The notes below the pieces were generated by a model that had not been told where the DNA came from, searched no databases, and was given only the letters and a program-made list of their open reading frames with translations. The position numbers and the translations under genes were made by a program. Below are positions 49,845 through 64,000 of a stretch of 64,000 bases of DNA, piece by piece. The DNA lies in assembly GCA_016748015.1 (NCBI GenBank), contig JAAOMT010000144.1, forward strand, positions 5,809-69,808, in the 5' to 3' direction. How positions within the stretch are numbered: the stretch's first letter is position 1; every line of letters starts with the position of its first letter. The stretch is from Geosiphon pyriformis uo1. Taxonomy: Eukaryota; Fungi; Glomeromycota.

Positions 49845-51433
49845 TGAGACTTTGGTAGGAGAAGGTGAAATAGGGAGAGAAATAAGATGATCGGAAGAAA
49901 AGAGGATGAGATGGGGGAGAAATATGAGAATGGGAGGAAAATATGAGGAAAAAAGATTTGGTTGTCTGGTTCAATATCTGTTTACATGCTCGAATCTCTG
50001 GTATTTTTATATTTGTATTTTTGGTTGATCGGATGATTTTTTTTTTGTTTATTCTATTCTATTCTATTTTAATACTTTTAATTTTTATTAATAAAAATAT
50101 TAAAATAAGACAACGTATTCATAAATAGAACTTTATAACTGAATAAATATATCTATCGAGTTAAAAGAAAATTTTATTCTTTCAAATAAAAGAGTCATGT
50201 CTTGAAATTTACCAGTCATTCATCCAACACTGCTCCTTTGATGAATTTCCTTTTTCCGGATTTGTATTTGGAACTTTGCTAATTATTTATAATAATTTTC
50301 CGATTTAATCTTTTTACATTGCTAATCAATTCAAAATCTTTACGTATTTTCAGGTTAGATCTACCTGCCAATTTTTTAATATTGTAACCTGCGAGGAGGT
50401 AAAGATCCGAAGAGGAAATCAGAATTTTCTTTTGTGAAATTACTTTTATGAGCTCCTAAATATCAAAAAGTTTTCTAATTCCGACTGAAATAAATATTCC
50501 TTTACCGGATGATATTTAGTATATGATTAATATCCCGACGTGGATTCCAGAACTTTCTTTAATTAATCATTGTATTTTTTGATTTTCTTGGATAATTATA
50601 TATCTAAATTTTTGCGTGTCAGAATGAAACTTGTTGACTCATTTATTCATTTATAAATTTCATTCGTAGTCTTTTTACAATCCATCCGTTAAATTTCGTG
50701 ATATATAATTTAATTTTTGAAATATTAATTAATTTTTATTATGAGCCAATCTTATTTTATTTTTATTTTTTTGGCTAAATTTATCATTAATTTAAATTAA
50801 TAGCCCGTACTATTTTATAAAAAATTTTAATAGTTTTAAAAAAAAAATTTCTGAACTAAATCATAATTTTAATTATATTAATTTATCAAATAAATGATTT
50901 ATATGTTTTTTTTTCCTTATCCTAATTAAAACTAATACATCATACTGCTTGCTTCAAGTTTTTTTTTTTGCCAAGTCTTAAGGTGCGTAGAATTTTTTTA
51001 ATTCCCTATAATTAAAATTCTATCTTTTAAAAAAAAATTTCAAACGGATTATTCTACTTTTCTTTATTTTGGAGGTTTTAAATTTTTTAACTAAAATATA
51101 ATTCTATAATTAAGGAAAGTTCCATTCAAAAATCAATTTAATTAACGGAATTATGTTTAAAATTTGAATCTCTTATTATGATAATATTTTTGTAAAATAA
51201 ATCCTTTTTGCGAATGAAAAATTATATTAAATAAAAACAAAGTAAAGTTCCGGATGGATTGTAAAGGCGACAACCCAATTAGAAAATTTGTCGTATTACG
51301 AAGCTCCTTGGAGGAAAGGCCGACGCGTAAATATTATTTTTAGGTCACAAAACTTCTCATTAATTCTTGCGGTCATCTATTTTATTTTTTCATCTGTTTT
51401 TTCACCTACCTAATGCACCCTAACCCCATAAAA

Positions 51434-52321
51434 ATTACACAGTGAAGTCACAAAGTACTTTGACGCAACGATCACCGCAAAATAACCGAAATCCCCAAAC
51501 CAACTTCACTCCAATAAACTTTACGTCACCCTACTTTGCAAGATTGGCTAAATTTTGGATATTCATCACACTGGCCGTTCACAAGCTTACTTCGCCAGAT
51601 CGGCAAAACTGTGTACGGAAATCATTTCTTTACGGCAGCCGAATTCAAAGCACTCAAGGAAATGCATCCAGAGTTTAAAGAAGTCGAAAAATAAACAGTC
51701 CGAGACTAACGCTCAAGGCTTGAATACATTGTCATTCTCCTTAACTATGTCCTTCATCAATCTAAAATGAAAAATTGGAAGAGAGTATTGTGGACTGATG
51801 ACACTTTTTCTCATTCCAAAAGTCAAAATGAGGTCGAGCCAGGTGAAGAGTTTCATAAAAATTGCATTGTTTTGACAGTACAAGTATAGCAATTTGCACA
51901 TGCTTTCCTTAGGTCTTATTATTCAATTAGTTGATTCTGTTAGTGGAGCAGTGCACCAACAAACTTTGAAAAATTATGCCATTCCTAAACTTAAACCATA
52001 TGCTTGTCCGCGTAAAAAATAATCTCTCTTTCAAAAAGATATTGGGCCTGCTCACACTCCTAAAGCTGACCGAAATTTCCTCACCTCTCAGCGTGTAGAA
52101 TTACTCCCCAAAGTTCAGATCTCAATACGATTGAGAATATCTGGTGCATGGTTGATTCAGGACTTTGTAAGCTCATCCTCAACCAGTTAGACCAAATGGT
52201 TAAAGAGGAATGGAATGTGGTAGATCACTCATATTACCCTGATTTAATAAAGTCAATGCCCCGGCAAATTCAAACTATTATTGAGGTCAAAGGAGGTTGT
52301 ACAAAGTTTTTTTGCATGTAT
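51434..52321 (+). mobile_element. Degenerate Tc1/mariner (DD34E) transposase relic
   Basis: 'WKRVLWTDDT' (first D), 'FQKDIGPAHT' (second D), 'SSDLNTIENIW' (cf. SPDLNPIENxW) and C-terminal 'DLIKSMPRQIQTIIEVKGGCTK' (cf. L..SMP.R...VI..KGG.TKY). Frameshifts and stops present; TIRs not confidently resolved. Confidence 0.8.
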
Positions 52322-53176
52322 AATTATAAGCTAGATAGTTAAAAATAAAGTTTTGTCCATTTTATTGCCGTATAAATTAAAGATTTTCTAATAACCTGTT
52401 CCCCCTGTATATGTATTAAGGTTTTAATGACGACAGGTTTTAAATTATTTGAAATTAAATATGCTTTAATGTCCTCCAGAGAATCAATTATACCTGGAAT
52501 GATCATTTCACAGTTTAAATCGCAAATAGTGATCAATTTTTTAAACCCCGAGAATCAGTGTGAATAGATTGAAACAGAACTTTTGTTCTTCTGATAATCC
52601 CAACAGCGTCTATGAGGGAATAGTTTTACCAAAAAAATTTCTGAAAAGTTTTCATCAATTCACAAATAGTTTTCTTTGATTAGTTGAAATAATCCAAATA
52701 AAAATGATTATATTTTTGGAAATCAAAAAGCTAATCGATTATGAAGTTTCGCTTACCCGTTATCTATACAAATATCTTAAAATTTTAAAGCTTTCAAAAA
52801 GAATTTCTAATACAAAAATAGCTGTCAGAATATGTTCCTTGTGTAAAAGCTTGAGAAGATGTAATGAGAAGAATAATAATTTAAAAAATTTTCAGCTATA
52901 AGCTCGAATCGAATTTTCCATGGTTTGTTAATTAATATTTTGATATTTGCCCTAAAAGCGAAAAAAATTACTCTTTGAAGCATAGAATCCAAACATCTTT
53001 CAAGAAGAATGAAGGAATGATTTAACATAATTTTTTTTAATTTATAAAATTTAAAATTAAATTATAATGCCTCAATTTTAGTTTCTTTTAGTTAAATTAC
53101 TTTAAAATTTAAACTGACTTTTTTAGAATTTGATCTTTTAGTTTTTATAATTGTAAAATATTTAAATAAAAATTCT

Positions 53177-53215
<39 letters not shown>

Positions 53216-56200
53216 CAAATGATACAGTCTTGGTTAAAAGTAATAGTAGAAAGTTTTTTTAAAAAAAATTATAATAGAAAACAAAATGCATTTTAGAAAT
53301 CATATTTTTAAATTAATTTTAAATATTTTAAAAAGTATGTTTTATATTGTAATCTTGCTGAAAAACTTAGTTCTCCTGTTCATTATGTTAATTACATTAA
53401 TATAAAGATTTTTATTAAGAATTTTTCAGTACAAATAACAATTCATATTTTTAATAAACATGCATATTCTAACTTTATTATGTTTTACTATTACTGCTTT
53501 TTTCAATAGTCAAAAAAGCAAAGCAGTCAAAAAACATCTTTTAAATGTTTCTTAAATAGCAGCATCTAATTCATTTGTAATTTTAGAAAAGAATTTTTTT
53601 GACATTCTTTAAATTATCAGTTCTGTATTTTTTAAAAACTTTAAATTTATCACTAATGGTTTAAAATCTGGTTTTTTTTTAAAACATAAAACTTTTTTTT
53701 TGTTTAATGTTAGTTTTTTTATTAATTTATTGTACTAATTTCAAACAAAAAAATCAATTCCAATCTGGTTATAAATAATAGTTCTCTTTTTAATTTGGAC
53801 AATAACAACAACAACAACAACAATATATTTTTTAAAATAAATCAAGATTAGTCGTTAATAATACTATTAAATTTAATTAATTATGAAAAATTATTACTAA
53901 TTACAAAAATAAACAAATTATATTTTCAATATATATATTTATGTTTAATTAAAAACTTTAATATTATATGACTTGAAAAGTTAAATTGATAACATAAAAA
54001 TTAAAACAACTTTTTTAAAAAAAAATATTATTAGTTTTGATATTATAATATAAAACAAATTATATAAAGATAAGTTATGATTGGATTACACTTTGTTAAA
54101 GTATTTTTTTTAAAAATATAATGCATATAAACAAAAAATTCAATGTTTTTTTTTGATAAAATTTATTATTATTATTTCTAACTAAAACTGTATATTAAAA
54201 AAAATTTTTATCTATTTGACAAAATTTTTAACACTGAAAACAAATATTAATTTTATTATTGATATTTTATTAAATATTAATTTATCTAGAGATTAATTTT
54301 AAATTTTTTCATTTAATTTCAAATTTTGGTGGTTATCAAAATTTGGGAGTCAAATAATGAAAGTTTAGATATAAAATAAAATTACTATTTTAGAATTTAA
54401 GTGTTGAATAAAAAAAATTTTATCAAAATGAATGAACATATAAACATCAAGATTTTTAAAGTTGAACTCATAATTTCATAATCGTATGATCAACGTTTCT
54501 TGTTAAACCTGAAAATTCTTTTTGGGGCCATAAATAAATTGTAAATAACTCATAGATAATAATTAAATTTCTAAATTATTTGGGGAAAAAAACGAAAATT
54601 GGTTAGTTATATCGGATAGAGTTTTTCAAAAGGTTTACTTACTCCTAGATTTACATCTATTCTGTCAAAAAAAAAACAATTTCGATTTTCCCTGCATCCT
54701 TTTTCATTAGTATATTCTTTTTTTTTGTATAATAATTAATTAAATGCATCATTTTTCTCATCAATAAAAGCTCATAATATAAAGTTAGAAACAGCCAGTT
54801 AAAAAAATCTAAATCTGAATAATTTTCTTGGAAAGCAGATTGGTGACAATTACAATTCTTAATTTTTTAAGCAGTAATTAGATAGAATTTTTACTTTTTA
54901 AGAATAAATTTTTACAATATTTTTCTTAAAAAGGTGTACAACCTTTCTGCCAAGAAAAATATGATTGGAATAGGGAGTACCTCGATCATCAATGAACTCT
55001 AAAGGTCAGCTTGGAATACAAATTTATCATGAAGATTCTCTTGAAAATTTTCGAAATCTCATTCATGAAAGAAATTAATTATGTTTATAAATAATCATAA
55101 TTAATATTAGTAAGAAATTTAGATTTTAAGTAAGGATCTCCCTTCAACTGATTAAGTATTTTATTTTTACTGTTGAAGCTTTTCGGCCGAGTTACTACAT
55201 GAGGTGTTACAAACAAAAGTGCTTAGGCTTGATGTATGAGAAGACTTTAAAAATCCAGACACCTATTGACAATGAAGAATTTTATACATTACGGCCGAAG
55301 GGATGAATTATATTGTTGAGCAATTTTATTTATTTTAGATTAAATATTATTATTTTACTAGATAACAATTATAATTTCAAGAATTTAACAATTCAAAGGT
55401 TGAGCTGAACGAAAACAATTTTAATAAATAATATATTGAATCTCAAGATAGCAGAAACTGTTATAAATAAATAAATAAATAAAGATCGTCTATATAATAA
55501 AAAAAAATTAAATGAGTTTAAAATCATTGCTGCGGAAGGATTAATAGTTTCATTGAACTTACCTAATTCATTTAATTTCTCATCAAGAATGGTGGTCTAA
55601 AAATTCCGAATCAATTTTTTATCATTAAAAATAGTAAAACTTTCCAAGTTATCCTTGAAAGGCGATTCCATTTCTAAAATTAAATAAGCCGATATTTCTT
55701 GACAAAATATCTTTTCAATTTTTTCATTTTCTTCACATTTTAATTAAAATTTATTTGAAGTGAGTGAACGAAAAATTTAATGAATGACGTTTTTTAAAAT
55801 CAAAAAACGTCATTATAACAACAAAAAATTCAATACTATTATGAATAAATTTTTAATCTGCTTCACGACAGGTTTAAATCAACTTTTAATTTTCAAATTA
55901 TTTTTTATTCAAATTTTTAAGCATATCTGTTTCATTAAATACTATTAAAATATCAGTCAACTTTAAAGATAATATTAATTGATTTCAAATTCAAATTTTA
56001 AATATGCGAAAAATTTACTCAATTCAAGGGGAAACTCTTTTACTCAGCTTTAACTCTAAATGTGGTAATAAGATTATTCCACGGACGCTCTGCGTGAGGA
56101 TTAAGTTTATCCTTTCATGTTATACAAAAAGGTCAGGAACTAGTGATTTTTAATGATGATGATGACGACGACGACGACGAAGACGAGTTTTCGGGTATTG

Positions 56201-56333
56201 TTTTTGCAGGGCCAATAACTTTAATCCACATACTATATATAAAGATGAGGAAACCTTTTTTTAAAGTGAAAACATTTCATTATTTCTAATTCTATCTATC
56301 AGTTTACAACTTTATAGAAATCAATTTGTTAAA

Positions 56334-58167
56334 ATGTTTGATTCAATACCGAAAAACTTGTCTTCAATACCAAACTTTTTATTAACAAATAATAACAAAA
56401 TAGTGCCCTTGCTAGCAATTATAAGTCTAGCTTTTCTTGTAAAATACCTTTACTCAATAATCTATAACATTTACCTCAACCCATTAAGACAAATTCCAGG
56501 CCCTAAAATAAGTTCATTCTCATATATTCCAATGTATATACGACGACCAAGAGGAAAACTTTATGAATGGTTTTCGGAAATGCACCGACAGTTTGGTAGT
56601 GTTGTTAGGATTGGACCTAATTGGGTCATCTTTGCGGATAAGGAAGCTATTAGACAGATTATGGTTACCGATGTAAATATCTACTTGTCTCATTTTGAAT
56701 CTTTGCTGCTGCTGAAAAAAAAAATTTTTCAGAAATGAAACAAAAATTAATTATTCTACCTACCTACCTACCTACCTACCTACCTACCTACTTACCTACC
56801 TACTTACCTACCTACTTACCTACCTACTTACATACCTACCTACCTATCTACCTACCTATCTACCTATCTACCTTACTTACCTACTTATTTATCAAATAGA
56901 GTTTGCCAAAAATTGATGGGATAAAAGCAATCCAAACTCATGAAAATATTCCCACTTTATTCACCTCTACTGACCCTTCCTTTCATAAAAAACGAGTAAG
57001 TTTTAATTTAAATATCGTGATCAATCATAAATGAAGTTAAAAATTCTCGGACCAAATTAAAAATCATTCTTCTCTTCATAATTGTAGAGAAAATTATTGT
57101 CGCCAGGATTTTCAATAAAATACCTAGCAACATTAGAACCTTTAATGAAGTTGTGTACTCGGGCTCTCATCAAAAAAATCCACTCAATCGTCTCAACTAC
57201 TGACCCCACCAATGATTTGAAATCACCAGCCGTGAACATTTTACATCTTGTTCAAGCCTGTTCATTAGACATTATTGGTGAAACAGCTTTCGGAGGTTCA
57301 TTCAACATTATCGAAACCGGTGATTACTTTATACCTCAAAAGGTGTTCAAGGACCTTAAACGACGCATCATGCGTACCACTTTTCCACTTTTGAAGCCAT
57401 TCTTGCAACAAGATTTATGGTCTTTCAATCTAATGAACAAAATTATCAAAGAACGACGTGTGATGAACGCTAATGGTCAAAGAAGAGAAGACATTTTGCA
57501 AATATTATTAGATACACGAGATGAGGAAACTGGAAAAGGATTATCCGATTTTGAGATTTATGATCAAACTATCGAATTTTTGATTGCTGGTAGTGATACT
57601 ACTGCTTTCACAATCAATATTGCGTTGATCACATTACTTTACAACCCTGTTTGCCTTCGTAAATTGATAACTGAAATCGATTCGGCATTAGGAAACGAAA
57701 GAGATTTGCCTTCACATGACTCGTTGAAAAATCTTCCATACCTAAATGCAGTAATTAACGAGACAATGCGATTGTCACCAATAGCAATGCACGGTTTTTG
57801 GCGTCAACCCAGAGAAGATATAGTGATTAATGGAACATTTGTTCCAAAGAATACAACTATCGTGGCCAATATCAATGCCCTTCATCATTCGAAAGAGGTT
57901 TGGGGTCCTGATGCCGAAAATTTTGTTCCTGAACGATGGCTAGATGAGAATGTCCCTAAACGGGATTTTTATCCTTTTGGTGCTAGTACAAGAATATGTA
58001 TCGCTGTCAATTTTGCAATGATGGAATTAAGAACCGTGTTGGTTGCGCTACTGAGGGAATTTGAGTTCGAGATGATACCTGGACAAAGTCTTGAAATTGT
58101 TCATTTTATTACACCCTCCTTAAAAACCAAGCGGTTTGATGTTAAAATAAAAGCAAGAAAAATTTAA
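56334..58167 (+). CDS. Cytochrome P450 monooxygenase (~504 aa), 3 exons
   Basis: Exons 56334-56672, 56900-56995, 57088-58167. N-terminal TM, 'PLRQIPGP', 'VVRIGPN', I-helix 'AGSDTT', 'ETMR', 'PERW', heme loop 'FGASTRICIA'. Confidence 0.93.
56756..56884. repeat. (TACC)n tetranucleotide microsatellite in P450 intron 1
   Basis: About 30 imperfect tacc/tact/tatc units. Confidence 0.9.
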
Positions 58168-59439
58168 AAAGGGTCATTTGAAATTGTTGGATATTTTCGG
58201 CGGGGGGGGGGGGGGGTTAATTAATTTTTTTAATTTTTGATTGATTTTATCATATGAACAATTTTTTAATGTTTGTAAAGTACAGTAGTTTTTATTCTTT
58301 TGTTCTTTTTTTTTCTTTTCTTGTTTAGAGAGTTCACCTATAATTTGAAATATTAATTACTAGAATCATAATTGGTTTACACATTTTCAAATTCATTTTT
58401 CAGGGAGCTCATCTTTTGCTTTTTTTTTTCAATAGTAAATAATGAAAGAGGTTATTAATAAAGAGATCATGAATAGCAAATGTTCATATATTTGTTTTTT
58501 TTTGACGAATTATGTTCTATTATGATATTTTTGTTACGATACACAAATTTTGTGTATATATATTTCTGATTGAAGCAATCAATGGGATTGATCACAAAAA
58601 AACTTTTATGAAAACAAAAATATAATTTAACTTTTAGCAAGATCGTAATAATATTTTGGTTTTTATATGGTGAATTAAAAAAGGCTCAGCACGATTAAAA
58701 ATATATTTTTTAAATGAAAATATTTTGTACATTTGATCAAATCAAAAAAAAATTGAGGCTTATGATCTCACTTTTTTATCATGAAACAGCGCTTAACAAA
58801 AAGTATACTTTTTGATACAAGAATTTTATTCTTCATTGAAGATTTTAATTTTAATTTTTCTTTTAAACCATTTTTACTATCGTTCATTAATAATACGTTC
58901 CCAACTTTTAATGGAAATTTTTAAATTTCAAGTTAATTACCAGTTTTTTAAACGGATACTTGATTGGTAATCTATATATATATATATATATATCTCTCTC
59001 TTTTTAAAGAAATTCAATAAATGATCTCACATGAGCTCTGCATAGAAGTTACATGTATCTAGAAAATCGCACATGGAGCCGAGGTTACAATCATCGCATA
59101 CATTCAGTGTTCGAAATATTAACTGTACATTTAAATGGAGGAACTTTATTAACCAATACAACCAAAATTTTAATTTTAATTTTTTTTTTTGAATAAGCTG
59201 TGTTCAATTAAATATGTATTGACCTTTAAAAGACACACTCTGCATTTTTGGAGAAAGCTTTCTCTCTAATTGTTGTTTGACTTCTTTTTTATTTAAAATA
59301 TTGTTAAAAGTGAAATATTTTATCGATTTTGAAACCTTTTTTGAGCTGCAGCTCAGCTTTTGAAATTGATTATACATTCCTTTTATTTCATTTACTTCAA
59401 TCCCGCATTTCCCAATTTCTACTAGATAGTCTATTCTAA

Positions 59440-60755
59440 ATGTCAACTTCAATATCAACATTTTCACATGGCTCAAACAATCAAAACCATCATGAATCAT
59501 ATTTTAATCACGATCATTCTATCACTGAAAAATCAACACTAAATTCCTCTTCCCATTCATCGGTCGCTCGTTTCTTTAAACTTCATCAATTTAACTCGAA
59601 ATTATCAGTTACTTCATGGTTTATCAAACCAAAGACCTTATTAGTTATTCGATTTTTTTTCACAATCTACGCTTTAATTGCACTCATAGCCGTGGTTCTA
59701 CGTTTCATAGGAGAGGGAAATCCATTGATGCTTAACTATTTCACTTATTTAAGTTATATTGGACTTTTCACTTATTTTGGGGTAAGTCCAAAAAAGAATT
59801 TTTTTGAATTTTTTTTCAACAAAGCGTATTCTTATTAATGGGACTTTAATTCAATCAGTGAAAATCAAATTTCAAAATAATTATTTCAAACATAACTTCT
59901 TTCTCTTCTTCTTTTTCTTCTTCTTCTTCAAAATGTGAAACTTTCTAATACTCTACCCTACTTTTTCTTTTTTCTATTACAGCTATCAGTATTTTACTCT
60001 TACAGGTTCATAAAAAATGGTACAGTTAACGCACCAAAATTTTTGAATTACTTCTTTTGGACATTATATCATACATTATGTCACTACCAGTAAGTTAATG
60101 TTTCCAAGTATTCTAAAAAATAAAAATAAATTTTTATAATGAAAAGTTTAGATCAAATTTTTTAAATCCTATAAAAAAAACCAAAATTCTTATTAACACT
60201 ATTTCATCATCTTTTTAGTTTAATAGTACCAGTTGTCTATTGGACATTCTTATCAAATGAATTAATAAAAGGGAATAAACCAGCGATTGAATGGTGGCGT
60301 CAATTATCGGTACACGCATTTGACGCGTTGATGATGTTTACCGAAATTTTTATGAATCGTCAATCCTTTGTGTGGCCTTTCTTGTGTATTACCTTGGTTT
60401 TTCAGGTCCTTTTCATGTTCGAAGCGTTCCTTACTCATGCCACGTGAGTAATAATTGTTTTCTATGAGTTTGCTAATATAATTTTTGGTGAGTAAACTAA
60501 TCAAAAGGTAATTTTTGAAATAATCACAGCCGCAACCTTTGGGTTTACAATTTCCTATCATGGGACAAAGGCCCAATTGCAGCCCTTTGGTATATCGGGT
60601 TATTCGTCTTTTTCACCATCATTTTTTCCTTTCAAGTTGGGATTCACGCGATACGTGATATAATTGGAAGATGGGTGGGACACGCCCATAATAATGATGA
60701 TGATGATTATGATGATGGATATGAAAAGGATGAAGAGATTGGCCAGGCGGTGTAA
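59440..60755 (+). CDS. FAR-17a/AIG1-like multi-pass membrane protein, 4 exons
   Basis: Exons 59440-59781, 59983-60089, 60219-60443, ~60530-60755. About six hydrophobic helices with 'YFTYLS', 'VPVVYWTFL', 'SVHAFD', 'EIFMNR', 'THAT..WVYNFLSW' and an acidic tail. Confidence 0.75.
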
Positions 60756-62048
60756 CTAGTTTCACTTATATATAATTGAAAATAACAATTTGGCGAATCA
60801 AACGGAAAGAAAGATAATTCCCACACAAAAAGAAACAAAAATCAATGTCACGAACTTATAATTTTATGAGTATTTTCCTTTGTTAGATTTTTATTTTAAT
60901 TTATTTTCTAAAATATTTAGAGAGTGTAATAATTTTTGTATTTGTAAATATCATAATAATAAATTTAAACTAGACCAGAATTATAATATATTTTTGCTCA
61001 TTAAACATTATCTGAATGAGTATATGGAAATGCTAATTTTTTTAAAACGTAATATTATTTTAAAAATATTCAAAATTTTTACATCGTGAATGCTCAAAAT
61101 CACCATTCTTATTTTGAAATCCTCTTATCTTGAAATAAGAAAAATATTTCAATTTCACGTTTTTTTTTACCAAACCTTTTTAGATCGGATAAACTTTTAT
61201 ATGGATCATCGGGAAATTCTATTTTATTTTTAATAAAAAATGATTTGTATAATTTTAAAAATTTTATAAAGATAAATCAAAAAAATCTTTATTTTTCGAG
61301 TTTTTTCTTTTTAAAAAATGATTATCTATAAAGAATTTCACATTTAAATATATCAAAAAAGTTTTTGTAAAATGTTTTTAAACTTTTCAAAAATAAATTT
61401 TATTTTAGCCTCATTTCAGTGTTCTTTCTTGAACACTTACTCTCTTGATAAATTAAACACTCTTAACCCTTTCACATATTTATCACTTTTTTAAGTCCTC
61501 AGAAAACTTTTAAGGTATTGCCCACTATTAAAATATTTTCTTTCTATTAAAACCTTCTCTAAAACCTTTTTTTGGATCCAATTTGTTTTCTATATATATG
61601 TATATATATATATATATATATATTTTATTTAGAAAACGGGCTTTTCAATTGAAACGGCAGTAGCAATTGGATTTAGAGATTATGGTCAAAAGAAAATCCC
61701 CAATTCAATTCTTTCTTGATTTTAACTCTTTTTCTCAACCTGAAAATAAAAAATATTTGGCTCCAATGAAAATAATTCCACTATGCTTTCAAAATATCAA
61801 ATTGATTTCCCAAAGAGTAACCACAGGACATCGATTGAAAGATGTGGGAATTTCGAGATGGCTGAATAAAACACTGCATAAAAAAATTTAGACCTTCATT
61901 TAAAGAATGCCAATAATGGAAAAAAAAAGTAAATTTCAGCAAACTGTGTCAACGCCTAATAATAACTATTATTGTTTTTGCAATTTTGATTAAAAATACA
62001 TTTTAATATATATTATTTTCCATCTTCTTAAAACAATCAAAGTTATTG

Positions 62049-64000
62049 CTATTTTGTCTTTTTACTTAACGTTGAACGAATTTTAGCTCCTAACCCAAAT
62101 TTTTTTTTATTTTTAGGTGGTTTGAGAGAAACATTTTCACCATCCGGATGAGAGGAATTAACGGAAGGTTCTGTAAACGGTGGGGTTGTAGTTTGTGTGG
62201 GTGTAGGAATAAGTTTTTGGGAAAGCCCTATAAATTTATAGAACGTTAGGCATAATCTTTTTTTACATTGAAAAAAACAAAATTTAGTCTCTGAAAGAAA
62301 CACTTACCAATGCCCGGTATTGGAGCAAAATTGCTTGGAGAATTAAGTCTTTTAATCGAAGATGGGTATATATAATGTTGAGGCATTGGTGATATAATTT
62401 TTGGATTCATATATAATTGTTTCTTGACTGGCGATTGGAATTTGTCGGCAGAAACTGGCTGGACTGTTGGCGTTGCTGAAAAATGAGGGGTATAGCCACC
62501 GTAAGTATTTGTAAATGGCAGTTTGAGAGTCTCAAACGATGGTCGACGAATTTCTCCGGTGTCATGCCTTTGAGACGATTCAGGGCAACCATTTTGAGCC
62601 TTCAGAATTATATCTTGGGCCACTTTCTTTTGTGAAGCAATTGTTTCTTGAATTCTACTTTGGTCCAAGAAAAAAGACGGAGGTGTAGAGGGTGTCGATA
62701 TCGTGGAGCCAGTTGGACTATCGGGCTGAGAAAGACTTTCAGAAATCGCTAAAGCCATTGCCATATCATGGTCCGAATTAATGATCTCATTTTGAGCTGA
62801 AAATTGGGAGTTAAATCATAATTTAAATAAATCGAATGAAGGCAAAGAAAAAAATCATTGTTTTAATTACAGTTAGAATTCCTCTGTGAAATATACGACA
62901 ATGAATTGAAGCAAGTTGGTTGGGTTTTCGAACCACTGGCAATAACTTATATAAAAAATTGTGAATCTAGTCAGTTTGAATCACTCAATATTTGAATGTC
63001 AAGGCGTGAATTAAATGGATGAAAAGAAACCTTCGTGATGCGATTCCGGGCTTGGTGGTTGATATTTATAATTCGAAATAGATGTAGATTTTGCTAAGAG
63101 AAGCATAAATTTGATAGATTAGATTAGTTTTTGCTGTGCCTGTCGAAAAAACCTTACATTTTGGCTCACCTCTCCATGAGAACTTTGGCGGCTTTGGCCG
63201 GTCCTTATCTAATGCTTGAATCAATTTATCCATCTCTTGGACGGGATCATTGCTTGCATCTAGCAATTCTTCTTCGCTCACTAAAATATTTTTATAATCT
63301 AAAGATGATTCGGGGAAAACATATTCACGAAGTCCTAAAACTCTCTTCCCAAAACTTTTTGAACTATGTGAATTTTGATCTGGTGGAAAATTAAAAACCA
63401 ACGGGGTAGCCGTCTTTGATGGATCAGAAAAATTAGGGGAAGTTTGCTCATGAAATACGTATCCACTCGTGGAAGCCACTTTAGATGTTTGGGTAAGAGA
63501 TTCGAATTTTGGGGAACTTGGCTCCCCTTGGCTGCCAGTTGATGAAGGTGTGGAAAGAAACGTTGGGGATTTTACATAATTATTAGATTTCTGCGTTTCA
63601 ATGTCTGGGATAGATTGTGACAAAAAATTTTCATAGTGAGCTGACGACCGTAGGGAGTATATGTTTTGAGTTTCAAGCTTAGTCTCTATTGAATCGACAT
63701 TTGCTTCAACAATTGGTGCTAAAGCTTGTAAAGCTTTTGTCGAATTTTTTTGGGGGAGGTTTTTAACAAAACTTTGATCTTGTGATGGGATAGGGGTTAA
63801 TTCCGACAAAGATTTTGACAAAGGGATTGAAGATTCTTCAATTTCTACTGGGGATTTTTTGTCGCTATTTTCAATTAAAGATGCTAAATCAGGCATTAAA
63901 ATTTCAGATGAATTTTGAGGAGACAGTTGCAAGGCATCTGAACATGTTGCGTTGGCTTTTGACAAAATTTTAATGTTCTGGCTATGATCTAGGTGAGAAA
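62049..64000 (-). CDS. 5'-partial Ser/Pro/Thr-rich protein with a ubiquitin-interacting motif (UIM); multi-exon
   Basis: A long exon enters from the window edge (donor ~63158), followed by small middle exons of uncertain phase, an exon with 'DHDMAMALAISESL' (UIM-like), and a last exon 62228-62049 ending KKKFGLGAKIRSTLSKKTK*. Confidence 0.6.

Noticed and set aside
52339-53028. Minus-strand coding-like fragments next to the Tc1 relic
   Set aside because: Short, interrupted and without recognisable motifs; cannot be supported.

Overview
AT-rich eukaryotic, intron-containing fungal DNA. It is most consistent with a Glomeromycota-type (arbuscular-mycorrhizal-like) genome, inferred from the 'WTSGN..ID..I' tyrosine-kinase-like gene, short GT-AG introns and heavy AT decay. 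Apparently intact genes: an Axl2-like cadherin/He_PIG membrane protein, two tandem class-3 lipase-like genes, a small secreted Ser/Thr-rich Ig-like protein, a secreted HExxH zinc metalloprotease, a GRF zinc-finger protein, a Zn2Cys6 transcription factor, a TKL (pseudo)kinase, a KR-containing secreted repeat protein, a cytochrome P450, a FAR-17a/AIG1-like membrane protein and a 5'-partial UIM protein. Decayed elements: SYM1/Mpv17 and alpha/beta-hydrolase pseudogenes and a Tc1/mariner relic. The dominant structure is a ~4.4-5 kb inverted duplication (about 20687-25053 and 43366-48431), each arm with an assembly gap at the equivalent position, bracketing ~18 kb. Three copies of a secreted, Kex2-type (KR) Asn/Gly-repeat peptide-precursor gene are present, two of them in the arms. 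Every copy has a lesion, the lesions are distributed as a mosaic, and the two arm copies have an amplified ACGCGT-containing promoter repeat. The two lipases appear to have lost complementary catalytic-triad residues. All gene models and alignments were made by eye; exon limits are approximate where stated.
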